DNA from: Clostridiaceae bacterium
GTDB taxonomy: Bacteria; Bacillota; Clostridia; Clostridiales; Clostridiaceae
Direction of reading: 5' to 3'
NCBI GenBank assembly: GCA_031549525.1
Contig: JAVBPQ010000060.1
Coordinates: forward strand, 6,501 to 70,500
DNA: 64,000 bases
Shown: positions 37,719 through 47,383 of the stretch, in pieces
How positions within the stretch are numbered: position 1 is the first letter of the stretch
Layout: each line of letters starts with the position of its first letter
Made by a program: the position numbers and the translations under genes
Notes under the pieces: model-generated
Seen by the model: only the letters and a program-made list of their open reading frames with translations
Database searches by the model: none
What the model was told of the DNA's origin: nothing

Positions 37719-37733
37719 GAAGGACTGATTTTA

Positions 37734-38372
37734 GTGACTGTAAATTCTGAAATGGTAAAAACTATTGTACTTAATATAGCAAAGACAATTGAAGAAAATA
37801 AGCAGTATTTAACTGACCTTGATGCAGCTATTGGTGATGGTGATCATGGCTCAAATTTAAACAAAGGGTTTTTAAAGGCAGAGGAAAAGTTAAATTCATC
37901 AGAATTTAATACCATTGGAGATATTTTAAAGGCTGTTGCTACAACTCTTATATCCAATGTGGGCGGAGCTTCTGGTCCTCTTTATGGAACATTCTTTTTA
38001 AAAGCTGGGACTTTTGCTAAGGATATGAAGGAGATGGATTTTAAAGATTTTTGCAATATGTTTGAAGCTGGTGTTGAAGGGGTTAAAATGCGCGGAAAGA
38101 GCGATATAAATGAAAAGACCATGCTGGATGTGTTGATACCTGCTTTAAAATCATACAAAGCATCTTTAGATAACGATGAAGAATGTAAAGATGCTTTTAA
38201 GAAGGCTGTGGATATTGCAAAAGAAAGAGTGGAGTTTACTAAAACCATAATAGCTACAAAAGGAAGAGCATCTTATTTAGGAGAAAGAAGTTTAGGACAT
38301 ATAGATCCAGGTGCAATGTCTAGCTTCTATATAGTTGAAGCTATATATTTATATTTTAAAGGTGAGAATTGA
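37734..38372 (+). CDS. dhaL: dihydroxyacetone kinase ADP-binding subunit DhaL
   Basis: LDAAIGDGDHGSNL, GGASGPLYG and GRASYLG motifs. The GTG start is uncertain (ATG alternative at 37752). Confidence 0.8.
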   Translation: MTVNSEMVKTIVLNIAKTIEENKQYLTDLDAAIGDGDHGSNLNKGFLKAEEKLNSSEFNTIGDILKAVATTLISNVGGASGPLYGTFFLKAGTFAKDMKEMDFKDFCNMFEAGVEGVKMRGKSDINEKTMLDVLIPALKSYKASLDNDEECKDAFKKAVDIAKERVEFTKTIIATKGRASYLGERSLGHIDPGAMSSFYIVEAIYLYFKGEN

Positions 38373-38758
38373 TGGTTTCCTTAATTTTATTATCTCATAG
38401 TAAAAAGATAGTGGAAGGCATTAAAGAATTTATCCATCAAATGGTAACTGATGTTAATATATATGCTATTGGCGGAACTAAAGATGGCTCTATAGGTTCA
38501 GATTATGATGCCATGCATGATACTGCATTTGATGCTGTAAAAAAAGGGGAGGCTTTAGTTTTATTTGATCTTGGAAGCAGTTTAATGACCATGGAGATGG
38601 TCATTGAAGAATTAAATGATGAAGAAAAAAGTAAGATTAAAATTGTAGATGCAGCCCTTGTAGAAGGAGCAATTGAGGCAGCAGTTGCAATAGATATAGG
38701 AAAAGATTTAGATGAGATAATTGATCAGTTATATAATTTAAAATTAGGAAAAATTTAG
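38369..38758 (+). CDS. dhaM: PTS-dependent dihydroxyacetone kinase phosphotransferase subunit DhaM (EIIA-Man-like domain only)
   Basis: MVSLILLSHSKKIVEG, with the phospho-His context SHS. 129 aa. Overlaps the dhaL stop. Confidence 0.75.
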   Translation: MMVSLILLSHSKKIVEGIKEFIHQMVTDVNIYAIGGTKDGSIGSDYDAMHDTAFDAVKKGEALVLFDLGSSLMTMEMVIEELNDEEKSKIKIVDAALVEGAIEAAVAIDIGKDLDEIIDQLYNLKLGKI

Positions 38759-38765
38759 ATTAAAA

Positions 38766-38813
38766 GAAGATGTTGCAAAATTGATAAAAAATCAATTAGC
38801 AGCATCTTTTTTG
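38766..38813 (+). terminator. intrinsic terminator after dhaM
   Basis: AAGATGTTGC / GCAGCATCTT outer stem with an inner AATTGAT / ATCAATT stem, followed by TTTTTT. Confidence 0.7.
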
Positions 38814-39080
38814 ATTTAATAAGGAGAAAACTTTATGTATGAATAATAGTTAGTTTATTATATTAAATAATAAAAACATATTAAAAATATAGCTGATTTT
38901 ATCAAATAATATTATTAATATAAAAAAATATATATTTTATGGACTATTTATTTACTTATATACGAAAGTTAATATATGAAAATTATAGAATTTAATGAAT
39001 ATATGTATTAAAATAATATTGTACTAGAATTTATCCTTTAAGGATAAAAATAAAAAATATATTTAAAAGAAGGGGAATAT

Positions 39081-39647
39081 ATGAAAACTTTAAAAAACAT
39101 GATTTCATTTACAATCTGCTTGTTGCTTCTTGTTTCTAGCATGGCATTAAGCTTTAACAAAACTGTATCAGCTAAAAATTCTACACCTTTGTTAAAATCT
39201 ATTGTTGATAGTGCAAAGAATGGAAAGGTAATAAACTGCCAATTTCCTGTAAAAACAAAGACAATAGATGATGTTATAAAGGTATGGGGAGAACCTGATA
39301 AAATTGATTATGTTGCAGCAGCAAAAGGTTCCTATGCAACTTTTGATAAGAAGAATGTTGTATTTGGATTTAACAAGGGACAACAAATTTTTGAAGTACG
39401 AGATATGGATAGCGCCTCTTTAAAGAGCATAGTTTTTTCTGATATTCAAAAATATTTAGGAAAACCTGCTTATGATTCGAGAGATGGTGTAGGTCGCAGA
39501 ATCATAGGATATAAAGTATCAGATCTTTATAAGTTAGAATTTGTTTTATATGATAATAGCAGCAGTGCTAGAATACATCATTATAATGTATTATATCCTC
39601 AAGGCACTGTTAATATGATGGCTGATGATCCTGGTCGCCAATGGTAA
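39081..39647 (+). CDS. secreted protein, DUF4309 (YjgB)-like
   Basis: It has a signal peptide (cleavage near VSA/K). The VWGEPDK...AAAKGSYATF...FGFNKG..I.E pattern resembles the YjgB family. The assignment is tentative. Confidence 0.5.
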   Translation: MKTLKNMISFTICLLLLVSSMALSFNKTVSAKNSTPLLKSIVDSAKNGKVINCQFPVKTKTIDDVIKVWGEPDKIDYVAAAKGSYATFDKKNVVFGFNKGQQIFEVRDMDSASLKSIVFSDIQKYLGKPAYDSRDGVGRRIIGYKVSDLYKLEFVLYDNSSSARIHHYNVLYPQGTVNMMADDPGRQW

Positions 39648-39668
39648 AAAAATAAATATTTAATATAG

Positions 39669-39701
39669 TGCCCAGAGCGTGATGCTTTGGGCATAATTTT
39701 T
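39669..39701 (+). terminator. intrinsic terminator
   Basis: TGCCCAGAGC / GCTTTGGGCA hairpin followed by TAATTTTT. Confidence 0.65.
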
Positions 39702-39789
39702 GGTATACTAAATTAAAGTTAGTTTTTAGATAAAGTTGATGGATATTTTTTTATGTAGGGGTTAAGAATAAGATAAGTGAGGAAAAGTT

Positions 39790-40401
39790 ATGAAAAAAAA
39801 ATATTATGCAGTAAAGAATGGGCGTAAAACAGGTATTTTTAACACCTGGGCAGAATGTGAAAAGCAAGTGAAAGGATATCCTTCTGCTTCTTTTAAAAGC
39901 TTTTCAAATTTAGGTGATGCTAAATGCTTTTTAGAGGATGTATCTAATAAAGCTGAAGATGTAAGTTTATCTGAAGCCATAGCTTATGTAGATGGAAGCT
40001 ATAACCATAAAACTAAAGAATTTTCCTATGGAATTGTTATGCTGCATAAAGGAACCATGGATTTTTTTTTAAAAAAGTTTGATGAAGAAAGCTTAATAGA
40101 GATGAGAAATGTAGCAGGTGAAATAAAGGGCGCAGAAGAAGCTATGAAGTATTGCATAAATAATGAAGTAAAGAGTATAGATATCTATCATGATTATGAA
40201 GGGATAGCAAAATGGTGTACAGGAGAATGGAAAACAAATAAAATAGGTACTAAAGCTTACAAAGCTTATTATGACAGCATAAAGGATAAAGTCAAAATAA
40301 ATTTTATTAAAGTTTTAGCACATTCAGGTGATGAATACAATGAGATTGCAGATAAGTTAGCAAAAAATGCTTTAGATCTTGGACCTTATCCAAGCATTTA
40401 A
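39790..40401 (+). CDS. ribonuclease HI with an N-terminal hybrid-binding (viroplasmin-like) domain
   Basis: N-terminal YYAVKNGRKTGIF.TWAECEKQVKGY..A.FKSF, then an RNase H core with candidate DEDD residues (YVDGS, GEIKGAEEA, YHDY, EIADKLAK). Confidence 0.75.
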   Translation: MKKKYYAVKNGRKTGIFNTWAECEKQVKGYPSASFKSFSNLGDAKCFLEDVSNKAEDVSLSEAIAYVDGSYNHKTKEFSYGIVMLHKGTMDFFLKKFDEESLIEMRNVAGEIKGAEEAMKYCINNEVKSIDIYHDYEGIAKWCTGEWKTNKIGTKAYKAYYDSIKDKVKINFIKVLAHSGDEYNEIADKLAKNALDLGPYPSI

Positions 40402-40492
40402 CAAGGGTTAAGTAAAAATACTTGACGGCTATTTTTATTTATGGTAGCATATTATTTGTTAAATAAAATCAGAGATGCTAAGAGGTGATTTT

Positions 40493-40831
40493 GTGGAGGA
40501 AATAGTCAAATATTCAATTCTTCTCGATATTTATGGAGAACTTCTGACAGAAAAACAATTTAGCATTATGGATTTATATTTTAACGATAATCTAAGTTTG
40601 AACGAAATTGCTGAGATTGAAAATACCTCTAAACAGGCTGTTTTTGATATGATAAAAAGAGGAGAAAAGATCCTAAAGAGATATGAAGATAAACTATCTT
40701 TGCTTTCTACGCATTTACAAAATAAAGAGATCAAAAAAAATATATTTTATATTTTAGATAAGATAGAAACAAAAGAAAATAAAAATTACATAGAAGAGGT
40801 TAAAAAATTATTAATAAATAATTTTAAGTAG
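40493..40831 (+). CDS. ylxM: YlxM (UPF0122) putative HTH protein of the ffh operon
   Basis: LLDIYGELLTEKQ...YF.DDLSL.EIAE....S.QAV.D..KR pattern and its position directly upstream of ffh. I place the start at the GTG behind AGAGGTGA. Confidence 0.75.
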   Translation: MEEIVKYSILLDIYGELLTEKQFSIMDLYFNDNLSLNEIAEIENTSKQAVFDMIKRGEKILKRYEDKLSLLSTHLQNKEIKKNIFYILDKIETKENKNYIEEVKKLLINNFK

Positions 40832-40842
40832 GTGATGCTTTT

Positions 40843-42198
40843 ATGGCATTTGAAGGTTTAGCAGGAAAGCTTCAAGAGACTTTTAAAAGATTAAAAGGAA
40901 AAGGCAAGCTATCAGAAATTGATATAAAAGAAGCTATGAGAGAAGTTAAGCTTGCTCTTTTAGAAGCAGATGTAAATTATAAAGTTGTTAAAGATTTTGT
41001 AAATTTAGTATCTGAAAAATCTAATGGCAAAGAGGTCATGGAGAGTTTAACACCAGCACAGCAAGTTATAAAAATTGTACATGATGAACTAAAAAATCTC
41101 ATGGGAACAATTGATAGCAAAATAAATTATTCCGATAAAGGTTTGACAGTTATAATGATGGCAGGGCTTCAAGGTGCTGGTAAGACTACAATGTGTGGTA
41201 AGCTTGCTCTATATTTTAAAAAGAAGAATAAAAAACCAATACTATGTGCTTGTGATGTATATAGACCAGCAGCTATTAAACAGCTTCAGATCGTAGGAAG
41301 TGGTATAGATGTTCCTGTATTTTCCTTAGGAGATAAAGAAAACCCAATAGATATTGCTAAAAAAGGTTTAGAACACGCTAAAAATTCTGGATATAATATT
41401 TTAATAATAGATACAGCTGGAAGGCTTCATATAGATACGCAGCTCATGGAAGAGTTAAAAGGAATCGACAGAGAAGTTAATCCAACTGAGATTTTGTTGG
41501 TGTTAGATTCCATGACAGGACAGGATGCTGTAAATGTTGCAGAAACTTTCAATAAAGAGATAGACTTAACTGGTGTAATTTTGACCAAACTAGATAGTGA
41601 TACAAGAGGAGGAGCTGCTCTTTCTCTTCGCGCTATTACTGGTTTACCCATTAAATTTGTGGGGATAGGCGAGAAGATGAACGACCTTGAGATCTTCTAT
41701 CCTGACAGGATGGCTTCAAGAATCTTAGGTATGGGAGATGTTTTATCTTTAATCGAGAAGGTTCAATCTGAAATAGATGAAAAAGAAGCAATGGAAATGG
41801 GCCAGAAGCTCATGAGCAATGAGTTTAATTTTGAAAACTTTTTAGATGGGATGAAGCAGATTAAAAAACTTGGACCTATATCAAAACTCATGGAAATGAT
41901 GCCAGGCTTTAACCAAGCTCAACTTGGAAATATAGACATGGAAGCTGGGGAAAAACAGCTAGTTGTAATTGAATCTATAATAAATTCCATGACTAAAAAG
42001 GAAAGAAGAAATGCACATTTAGTTACATCTTCATCTTCAAGAAAGAGAAGAATTGCAGCAGGTTCAGGTAGGACCATTCAAGAAGTCAACAGGTTTTTAA
42101 AGGATTTTGAAAACATGAAAAAAACTATGAAGCAGTTTAAAGGTATGGAAAAATCACTTTCAAAAAGAAAGGGATTATTTAATAAATTTCCGTTTTAG
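40843..42198 (+). CDS. ffh: signal recognition particle protein Ffh
   Basis: GLQGAGKTT, DTAGR and TKLD GTPase motifs, plus a Met-rich M domain (MEMMPG). Confidence 0.9.
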   Translation: MAFEGLAGKLQETFKRLKGKGKLSEIDIKEAMREVKLALLEADVNYKVVKDFVNLVSEKSNGKEVMESLTPAQQVIKIVHDELKNLMGTIDSKINYSDKGLTVIMMAGLQGAGKTTMCGKLALYFKKKNKKPILCACDVYRPAAIKQLQIVGSGIDVPVFSLGDKENPIDIAKKGLEHAKNSGYNILIIDTAGRLHIDTQLMEELKGIDREVNPTEILLVLDSMTGQDAVNVAETFNKEIDLTGVILTKLDSDTRGGAALSLRAITGLPIKFVGIGEKMNDLEIFYPDRMASRILGMGDVLSLIEKVQSEIDEKEAMEMGQKLMSNEFNFENFLDGMKQIKKLGPISKLMEMMPGFNQAQLGNIDMEAGEKQLVVIESIINSMTKKERRNAHLVTSSSSRKRRIAAGSGRTIQEVNRFLKDFENMKKTMKQFKGMEKSLSKRKGLFNKFPF

Positions 42199-42240
42199 GC
42201 TTACATTTTACCTATAGATAAAGGAGGTGAAGCAAACTAC

Positions 42241-42483
42241 ATGGCCGTTAAATTGAGATTAAAGAGGATGGGTGCAAAAAAAGCACCGTTTTATAGAATC
42301 ATTGTTGCAGATTCAAGAAGTCCAAGAGATGGAAGATTTATAGAATCGATAGGTTATTATGATCCTACAACTGACCCTGCTACAATAAAATTAGAAGTAG
42401 AAAAAGCACAAGCATGGATTAAAAAAGGTGCTCAACCAACTGATATTGTTAAAAAACTTATAAAAATATCAAGTGTAGAATAA
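42241..42483 (+). CDS. rpsP: 30S ribosomal protein S16
   Basis: [41 protein letters not shown]. Confidence 0.9.
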   Translation: MAVKLRLKRMGAKKAPFYRIIVADSRSPRDGRFIESIGYYDPTTDPATIKLEVEKAQAWIKKGAQPTDIVKKLIKISSVE

Positions 42484-42505
42484 TATTTATTATTGGAGGA
42501 AAATC

Positions 42506-42733
42506 ATGAAAGAATTAGTAGAAATCATAGCAAAAGCACTTGTAGATAATCCTGACTTAGTTCAGGTAAAAGAAGTTAGTGGAGAACAATCCATAATAAT
42601 CGAACTTAAAGTAGCTAATGAAGATATGGGAAAAGTCATAGGAAAGCAAGGAAGAATTGCAAAAGCCATAAGGACTGTTGTAAAAGCAGCAGCTACTAAA
42701 GATAATAAGAGAGTAGTAGTAGAAATAATATAG
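42506..42733 (+). CDS. KH-domain RNA-binding protein (YlqC-like)
   Basis: [21 protein letters not shown] motif and its position after rpsP. Confidence 0.8.
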   Translation: MKELVEIIAKALVDNPDLVQVKEVSGEQSIIIELKVANEDMGKVIGKQGRIAKAIRTVVKAAATKDNKRVVVEII

Positions 42734-42828
42734 GCTAATATATTAAATGTATCTTATAACACCAAATTCATTGTGGTAATTCACATATGTAGGAGGTGTT
42801 TTTTCTACAATTATGAAAGGGTGAGATC

Positions 42829-43608
42829 ATGGATGCATATGAAATTTTAATGAATAGAAAATCCATAAGAGCATATGAAGATAAAGGAATTTCTGCAGAG
42901 ACTAAAGAGAAGATTTTTAATGGTATTTTTAGAGCACCTACGGCTGGAAATATGATGCTATATTCAGTCATTGAGGTTGAAGATCAGGAGAAGAAAAACA
43001 TCTTATCAAAGACATGTGATAATCAGCCTTTTATTGCAGCAGCTCCTTTGGTTCTTATTTTTTTAGCTGATTATGAAAAGTGGTTTAGATATTTTAAATA
43101 TTGTGGTGTAAAACAAATTTGTATAAGCAAAAATATTGATATGAGAACTCCAGAAGAAGGAGACTTTCTTTTAGCTTGCTCTGATGCTTTAATAGCTGCC
43201 CAAAATTGTGTAATTGCATGTGAAAGTTTAGGTCTTGGTTCTTGCTATATTGGAGATATAATGGAAAACTATGAAGTACATAAGGAATTATTTAATCTTC
43301 CAAAATACGTATTTCCTATAGCTATGTTATGTATTGGATATCCTTCACCAAATCAGATCATAAGAAAGAAAACGAGAAGATTTTCTGAAGAATTTGTATT
43401 ATTTAAAGATAAATATGAAAATTTAGATCGTGAATTTTTTATAAAATTTGATAAAGAAGTTATAGATGTTAGAGGAGAGATGAAATTCTCTGACGGAATA
43501 GTAAACTATGGACAGCAAGTTTACCTTAGAAAATTTGGAACAGAATTTATGGAAGAGATGAATAGAAGCGTAAGAAAAGCATTTAATAACTGGATGAAGA
43601 AAGAATAA
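42829..43608 (+). CDS. nitroreductase family protein
   Basis: RKSIRAY......I.......APTAGN and SCYIG patterns. Confidence 0.7.
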   Translation: MDAYEILMNRKSIRAYEDKGISAETKEKIFNGIFRAPTAGNMMLYSVIEVEDQEKKNILSKTCDNQPFIAAAPLVLIFLADYEKWFRYFKYCGVKQICISKNIDMRTPEEGDFLLACSDALIAAQNCVIACESLGLGSCYIGDIMENYEVHKELFNLPKYVFPIAMLCIGYPSPNQIIRKKTRRFSEEFVLFKDKYENLDREFFIKFDKEVIDVRGEMKFSDGIVNYGQQVYLRKFGTEFMEEMNRSVRKAFNNWMKKE

Positions 43609-43629
43609 AAAGGGAAGTTTTGCTTCCCT

Positions 43630-44763
43630 TTAGTTATCAAAGTATTCTTTAACTTCTTTTAACTTATCTATTATATCAATCCTCTGTGGACATTGAGTGA
43701 TACAAGTTCCACATTCTACACAATTCTGTGCTCCATTATCTTTAAACCATGCTTTGTATAGGGGTTTTGCAGTTTCCTTGTTATCAAAAATAACAGCATC
43801 ATTATAAAAATTAAAATTTGAAGGGATATCAACTAAAGAAGGACATGGCATACAATAACCGCAACCAGTACAATCAACTTTTATATATTCCTTAAATTTT
43901 TCTCTGACTTTTTTATATATGCCCTTTTCTTCAAGATTTAAATTGTTAATTCCAAATTTATTTATAGAGTCTAAATTTTCTTTAACTTGATCAAGATTGC
44001 TCATACCAGATAGAAGGATTGAAACCTTAGGTTCATCTAAAATCCATCTTAGTCCAAGTTCTGAGTATGTATATTCATCTGCAAGATTTGCCCATATTTT
44101 CTTAATCTCAAGAGGGGGTGTCTTTGATAATTTTCCTCCTTTAAGAGGTTCCATGACAATTATGCCTAATTCTTTTGAGTGGGCATAATCGAGACCTTCT
44201 TTCCCAGCTTGATAATTTACATCTATATAATTATATTGTATCTGGCAAAAATCCCATGAATAGCTATCTACTATTTCTTTGAAAGTATCTAGATCATCAT
44301 GAAAGGAAAAACCTGCATATCTTATTTTGCCACTTTCTTTTAATGAATCTAAAAATTTAAATATATTTAAATCCTTAATGGATTTCCATCTTTCTTTATC
44401 AAGAGCATGAGTTAAATACATATCTATATGATCAGTTTCAAGCCTTTCTAATTGAGTATTAAAAAGAGTTTCAAAATCCTCATATTTCTTGGCTTTCCAT
44501 ACTGGTAATTTTGTGGCAAGATAAACCTTAGCTCTATATCCATCTTTTAAAGCACAAGCAACAAATTCCTCGCTTTTTTCACCATGATAATTATAAGCAG
44601 TATCTATATAATTTACACCATTATCAATAGCGTATCTTACCATTTCTATCGCTTTATCATAATTGATCTTTGAAGTATCATTATCTAAACAAGGAAGCCT
44701 CATTGCGCCAAATCCAAGAGGATAAAGTTGAGCAGAAGTTTTTCCAAAGTTTCTTAAATTCAT
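43630..44763 (-). CDS. aldo/keto reductase fused to a C-terminal 2x[4Fe-4S]-type ferredoxin domain
   Basis: AKR motifs (GFGAMR, IDTAY.Y) and two Cys clusters, CTGCGYCMPCP and CVECGTCITQCP. Confidence 0.75.
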   Translation of the reverse strand: MNLRNFGKTSAQLYPLGFGAMRLPCLDNDTSKINYDKAIEMVRYAIDNGVNYIDTAYNYHGEKSEEFVACALKDGYRAKVYLATKLPVWKAKKYEDFETLFNTQLERLETDHIDMYLTHALDKERWKSIKDLNIFKFLDSLKESGKIRYAGFSFHDDLDTFKEIVDSYSWDFCQIQYNYIDVNYQAGKEGLDYAHSKELGIIVMEPLKGGKLSKTPPLEIKKIWANLADEYTYSELGLRWILDEPKVSILLSGMSNLDQVKENLDSINKFGINNLNLEEKGIYKKVREKFKEYIKVDCTGCGYCMPCPSLVDIPSNFNFYNDAVIFDNKETAKPLYKAWFKDNGAQNCVECGTCITQCPQRIDIIDKLKEVKEYFDN

Positions 44764-44912
44764 AAGTTTTCCTCCTTAATTGATTTAAATTCATAAAATA
44801 ATTATACTACAAATAATTATATATTAAATAAGTTAAAAAAGTTTGAAATTTAAAATTGTTTTTTATATATATATTATGTATAATATATAAAAGTTATAAA
44901 GGAGGTTTTCAA

Positions 44913-46427
44913 ATGGCTAATCAAGAATCAAGGCAACAATGGAGTTCTAAGATGGGTTTTATCCTGTCAGCTGTAGGATCCGCTGTAGGACTCGGAAATA
45001 TCTGGAGATTCCCGTATGTTCTTTATAAAAATGGAGGTGGTGCGTTTTTAATACCTTACTTCATAGCTGTGTTTACTGCTGCAATTCCGCTTCTCATCCT
45101 TGAGTATATACTGGGTAATAAGCTAAGGGGATCTACTCCTCTGTCTTTAGCAAGAGCTAAGAAAGGTTTTGAATGGATAGGTTGGTTACCATCATTTATT
45201 GCAGGATTTATCGTTTTATATTATTCCTCAATTCTATCCTGGGCAGGCAATTATTTTGTGTTTTCTTTTACTAGGGCATGGGGTTCTGATCCAAACGATT
45301 TCTTTTTTAACAAGTTTTTAAAATTATCTGAAGGTCCAATGCAATTTGGAGGTATAAATTTTTCTATACTTATTGGTCTTTTAATAATGTGGGGAGTTTC
45401 ATATTTTATATGTTCTGCAAGCGTAGATAAAGGTATTGAGGCTGCTAATAAAATATTGCTTCCTCTTATGTTTGGAATAATAATAATAATAGTAATCCGT
45501 GGTGCAACATTGCCTGGTGCTGCAATAGGATTAAATGCTTTGTTTACTCCAGATTGGGGAAAGATGATGGATCCTCAGGTTTGGCTTGCAGCTTATGGAC
45601 AGGTATTCTTTTCTCTTAGTGTAGCCATGGGAATTATGATAACGTACTCAAGTTATTTGCCAAAGAATTCAGATCTTGTTAACACCTCATTTATAGCTGG
45701 TCTTGCAAATTCAGGTTTTGAATTTACTGCTTCTATTGCAGTTTTTGGAATTTTAGGATATATGTCACAAAGCCAAGGATTGCCAATTGACCAAGTTGTA
45801 AAATCAGGAGTTGGGCTTGCCTTTGTTGCATTTCCTGAAGGTATAAATATGATGGGCGGTTTTGGAAGCATAGTTGGTTTGTTATTCTTTGCATGTTTAG
45901 TTTTTGCAGGATTAACTTCATTTATAAGCTTACTAGAAGCTTTTGCAGCTCCATTTATTGAAAAGCTTGGAGTTTCTCGTAAAAAGATGTTTGCTATTGT
46001 TTGCGGAGGAGGATTTGCTTTAAGTTTTATCTTTGCATCAGGAGCAGGACTTTATATTCTTGATATAGTAGATTATTTCTTAAATAACTTTGGTTTAGTT
46101 GTGGTGGGATGTTTAGAAGCTATAGCTATGGGATGGATAGCTGGGCTTACTGTATATAAGGATTATGCAAATAAGTATTCATATTTTAAAGTTGGAGCAT
46201 GGTGGAATATATGTGTTAAATTTGTAGTTCCAGTTGCGCTTATATTCAACTTAGTAATGACTATATATAGCGTATTTACAAAAGGATATGAAGGATATCC
46301 AAATATAGCATTAGGGCTTTATGGATTTGGAGTAATACTTATATGTTTAGGACTTTCATTTTATATGCAAACTCGCCCTTGGCATACTCCTTTAAAATTA
46401 AATGAAAGAGATTCATTAAGTCAATAA
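44913..46427 (+). CDS. sodium-dependent transporter, neurotransmitter:sodium symporter (NSS/SNF) family
   Basis: W.SK.GFILSAVGSAVGLGNIWRFPY signature. I place the start at the ATG behind AAGGAGG rather than the track start 44856. Confidence 0.85.
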   Translation: MANQESRQQWSSKMGFILSAVGSAVGLGNIWRFPYVLYKNGGGAFLIPYFIAVFTAAIPLLILEYILGNKLRGSTPLSLARAKKGFEWIGWLPSFIAGFIVLYYSSILSWAGNYFVFSFTRAWGSDPNDFFFNKFLKLSEGPMQFGGINFSILIGLLIMWGVSYFICSASVDKGIEAANKILLPLMFGIIIIIVIRGATLPGAAIGLNALFTPDWGKMMDPQVWLAAYGQVFFSLSVAMGIMITYSSYLPKNSDLVNTSFIAGLANSGFEFTASIAVFGILGYMSQSQGLPIDQVVKSGVGLAFVAFPEGINMMGGFGSIVGLLFFACLVFAGLTSFISLLEAFAAPFIEKLGVSRKKMFAIVCGGGFALSFIFASGAGLYILDIVDYFLNNFGLVVVGCLEAIAMGWIAGLTVYKDYANKYSYFKVGAWWNICVKFVVPVALIFNLVMTIYSVFTKGYEGYPNIALGLYGFGVILICLGLSFYMQTRPWHTPLKLNERDSLSQ

Positions 46428-46449
46428 TAATCAAAAAGAGGTGAATTTT

Positions 46450-46563
46450 ATGAAATTAGGATGTATTTTATTTATGTTATTTGGATTTTGTGTAACTTGG
46501 GGTGGGCTTTCTTATTCTCTATATGTTCAAATAAGAGAGAGCAGTAAAGCAAAAAATAAGTAG
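46450..46563 (+). CDS. 37-aa single-TM protein, probable NSS transporter small subunit (MetS-like)
   Basis: The ATG lies behind AGAGGTGA, 22 nt after the NSS stop. Translation: MKLGCILFMLFGFCVTWGGLSYSLYVQIRESSKAKNK. It is below the track length cutoff. Confidence 0.55.
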   Translation: MKLGCILFMLFGFCVTWGGLSYSLYVQIRESSKAKNK

Positions 46564-46606
46564 ACTATTTTAAATAGATGGACTAAAAAGTTAATAAATT
46601 TTTAAA

Positions 46607-46644
46607 AAACAAAATCCAGGCTCAAAAGAGTCTGGATTTTGTTT
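46607..46644. terminator. bidirectional terminator
   Basis: 17-bp stem AAACAAAATCCAGGCTC / GAGTCTGGATTTTGTTT (one G-U pair) flanked by A- and T-runs. Confidence 0.8.
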
Positions 46645-46657
46645 TAATCTTCATTAA

Positions 46658-47275
46658 CTATATTTTGCCATAACGGATAAGTTCGGAAATATACGAAAGT
46701 AATGTCTTCATAGATAGACTGGTATCTGTCTCTTCTCCATTTTGGAAATGTGCAAATTGTATTAAGTAACTTGTGGAAATCCTTATACAGATTTCTGAAG
46801 CAAGCAGTGAGTTGATTTCTGGTATTTTATTATACTTTATCAATAAATCAAATATATTTTTAAGGCGATTTACTGCTTTAACAATTATGTGTTCAGTCCA
46901 AAACTCATTAGCTTTTTTGTGCGTAAACTGTTCTATCATTAGAATACGTACCATCTTTCTCATCATATCAACTTCATCAGATGGGAAAGGCGTAAATATC
47001 TCATCCATAATTTCATCAAAGTCTTTATCTTTTATAAGTTTTTCCATTTCATCTGGGTGTGTATCAGCAACTAAAAATTTCAAGGATTTAAATTGATAAT
47101 GTTCCATTATCATAGTCATGATATCATCCTTGCTAGAAAAATGATTATAAATTGATGAAGATTTTATTCCTGCTTGCTTTGCAAGCTCTCTTATTGATAC
47201 ATTAGAGTAACCTTTTTGAGCAAATAAATCAATTGCAACGCGTAAAATTATATTTTTTGTATCTCGTATTTCCAT
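46658..47275 (-). CDS. TetR/AcrR family transcriptional regulator
   Basis: N-terminal HTH AIDLFAQKGYSNVSIRELAKQAGIKSSSIYNHF. Confidence 0.8.
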   Translation of the reverse strand: MEIRDTKNIILRVAIDLFAQKGYSNVSIRELAKQAGIKSSSIYNHFSSKDDIMTMIMEHYQFKSLKFLVADTHPDEMEKLIKDKDFDEIMDEIFTPFPSDEVDMMRKMVRILMIEQFTHKKANEFWTEHIIVKAVNRLKNIFDLLIKYNKIPEINSLLASEICIRISTSYLIQFAHFQNGEETDTSLSMKTLLSYISELIRYGKI

Positions 47276-47383
47276 TTAAACCTCTTTATGTTTAAAGTAT
47301 TTGGTTGGCTAGAAATATAATTTATATAGTAAAGTTTACCAATTATATTATAATATAGAAATATTAAATTATCTTTATTCAAT

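Noticed and set aside
44862-44895. dif-like sequence (ATATATATTATGTATAAT) in the NSS transporter leader.
   Set aside because: Only the central region and part of the XerD arm of the Firmicute dif consensus match. The XerC arm is missing, and such AT strings are expected by chance here.
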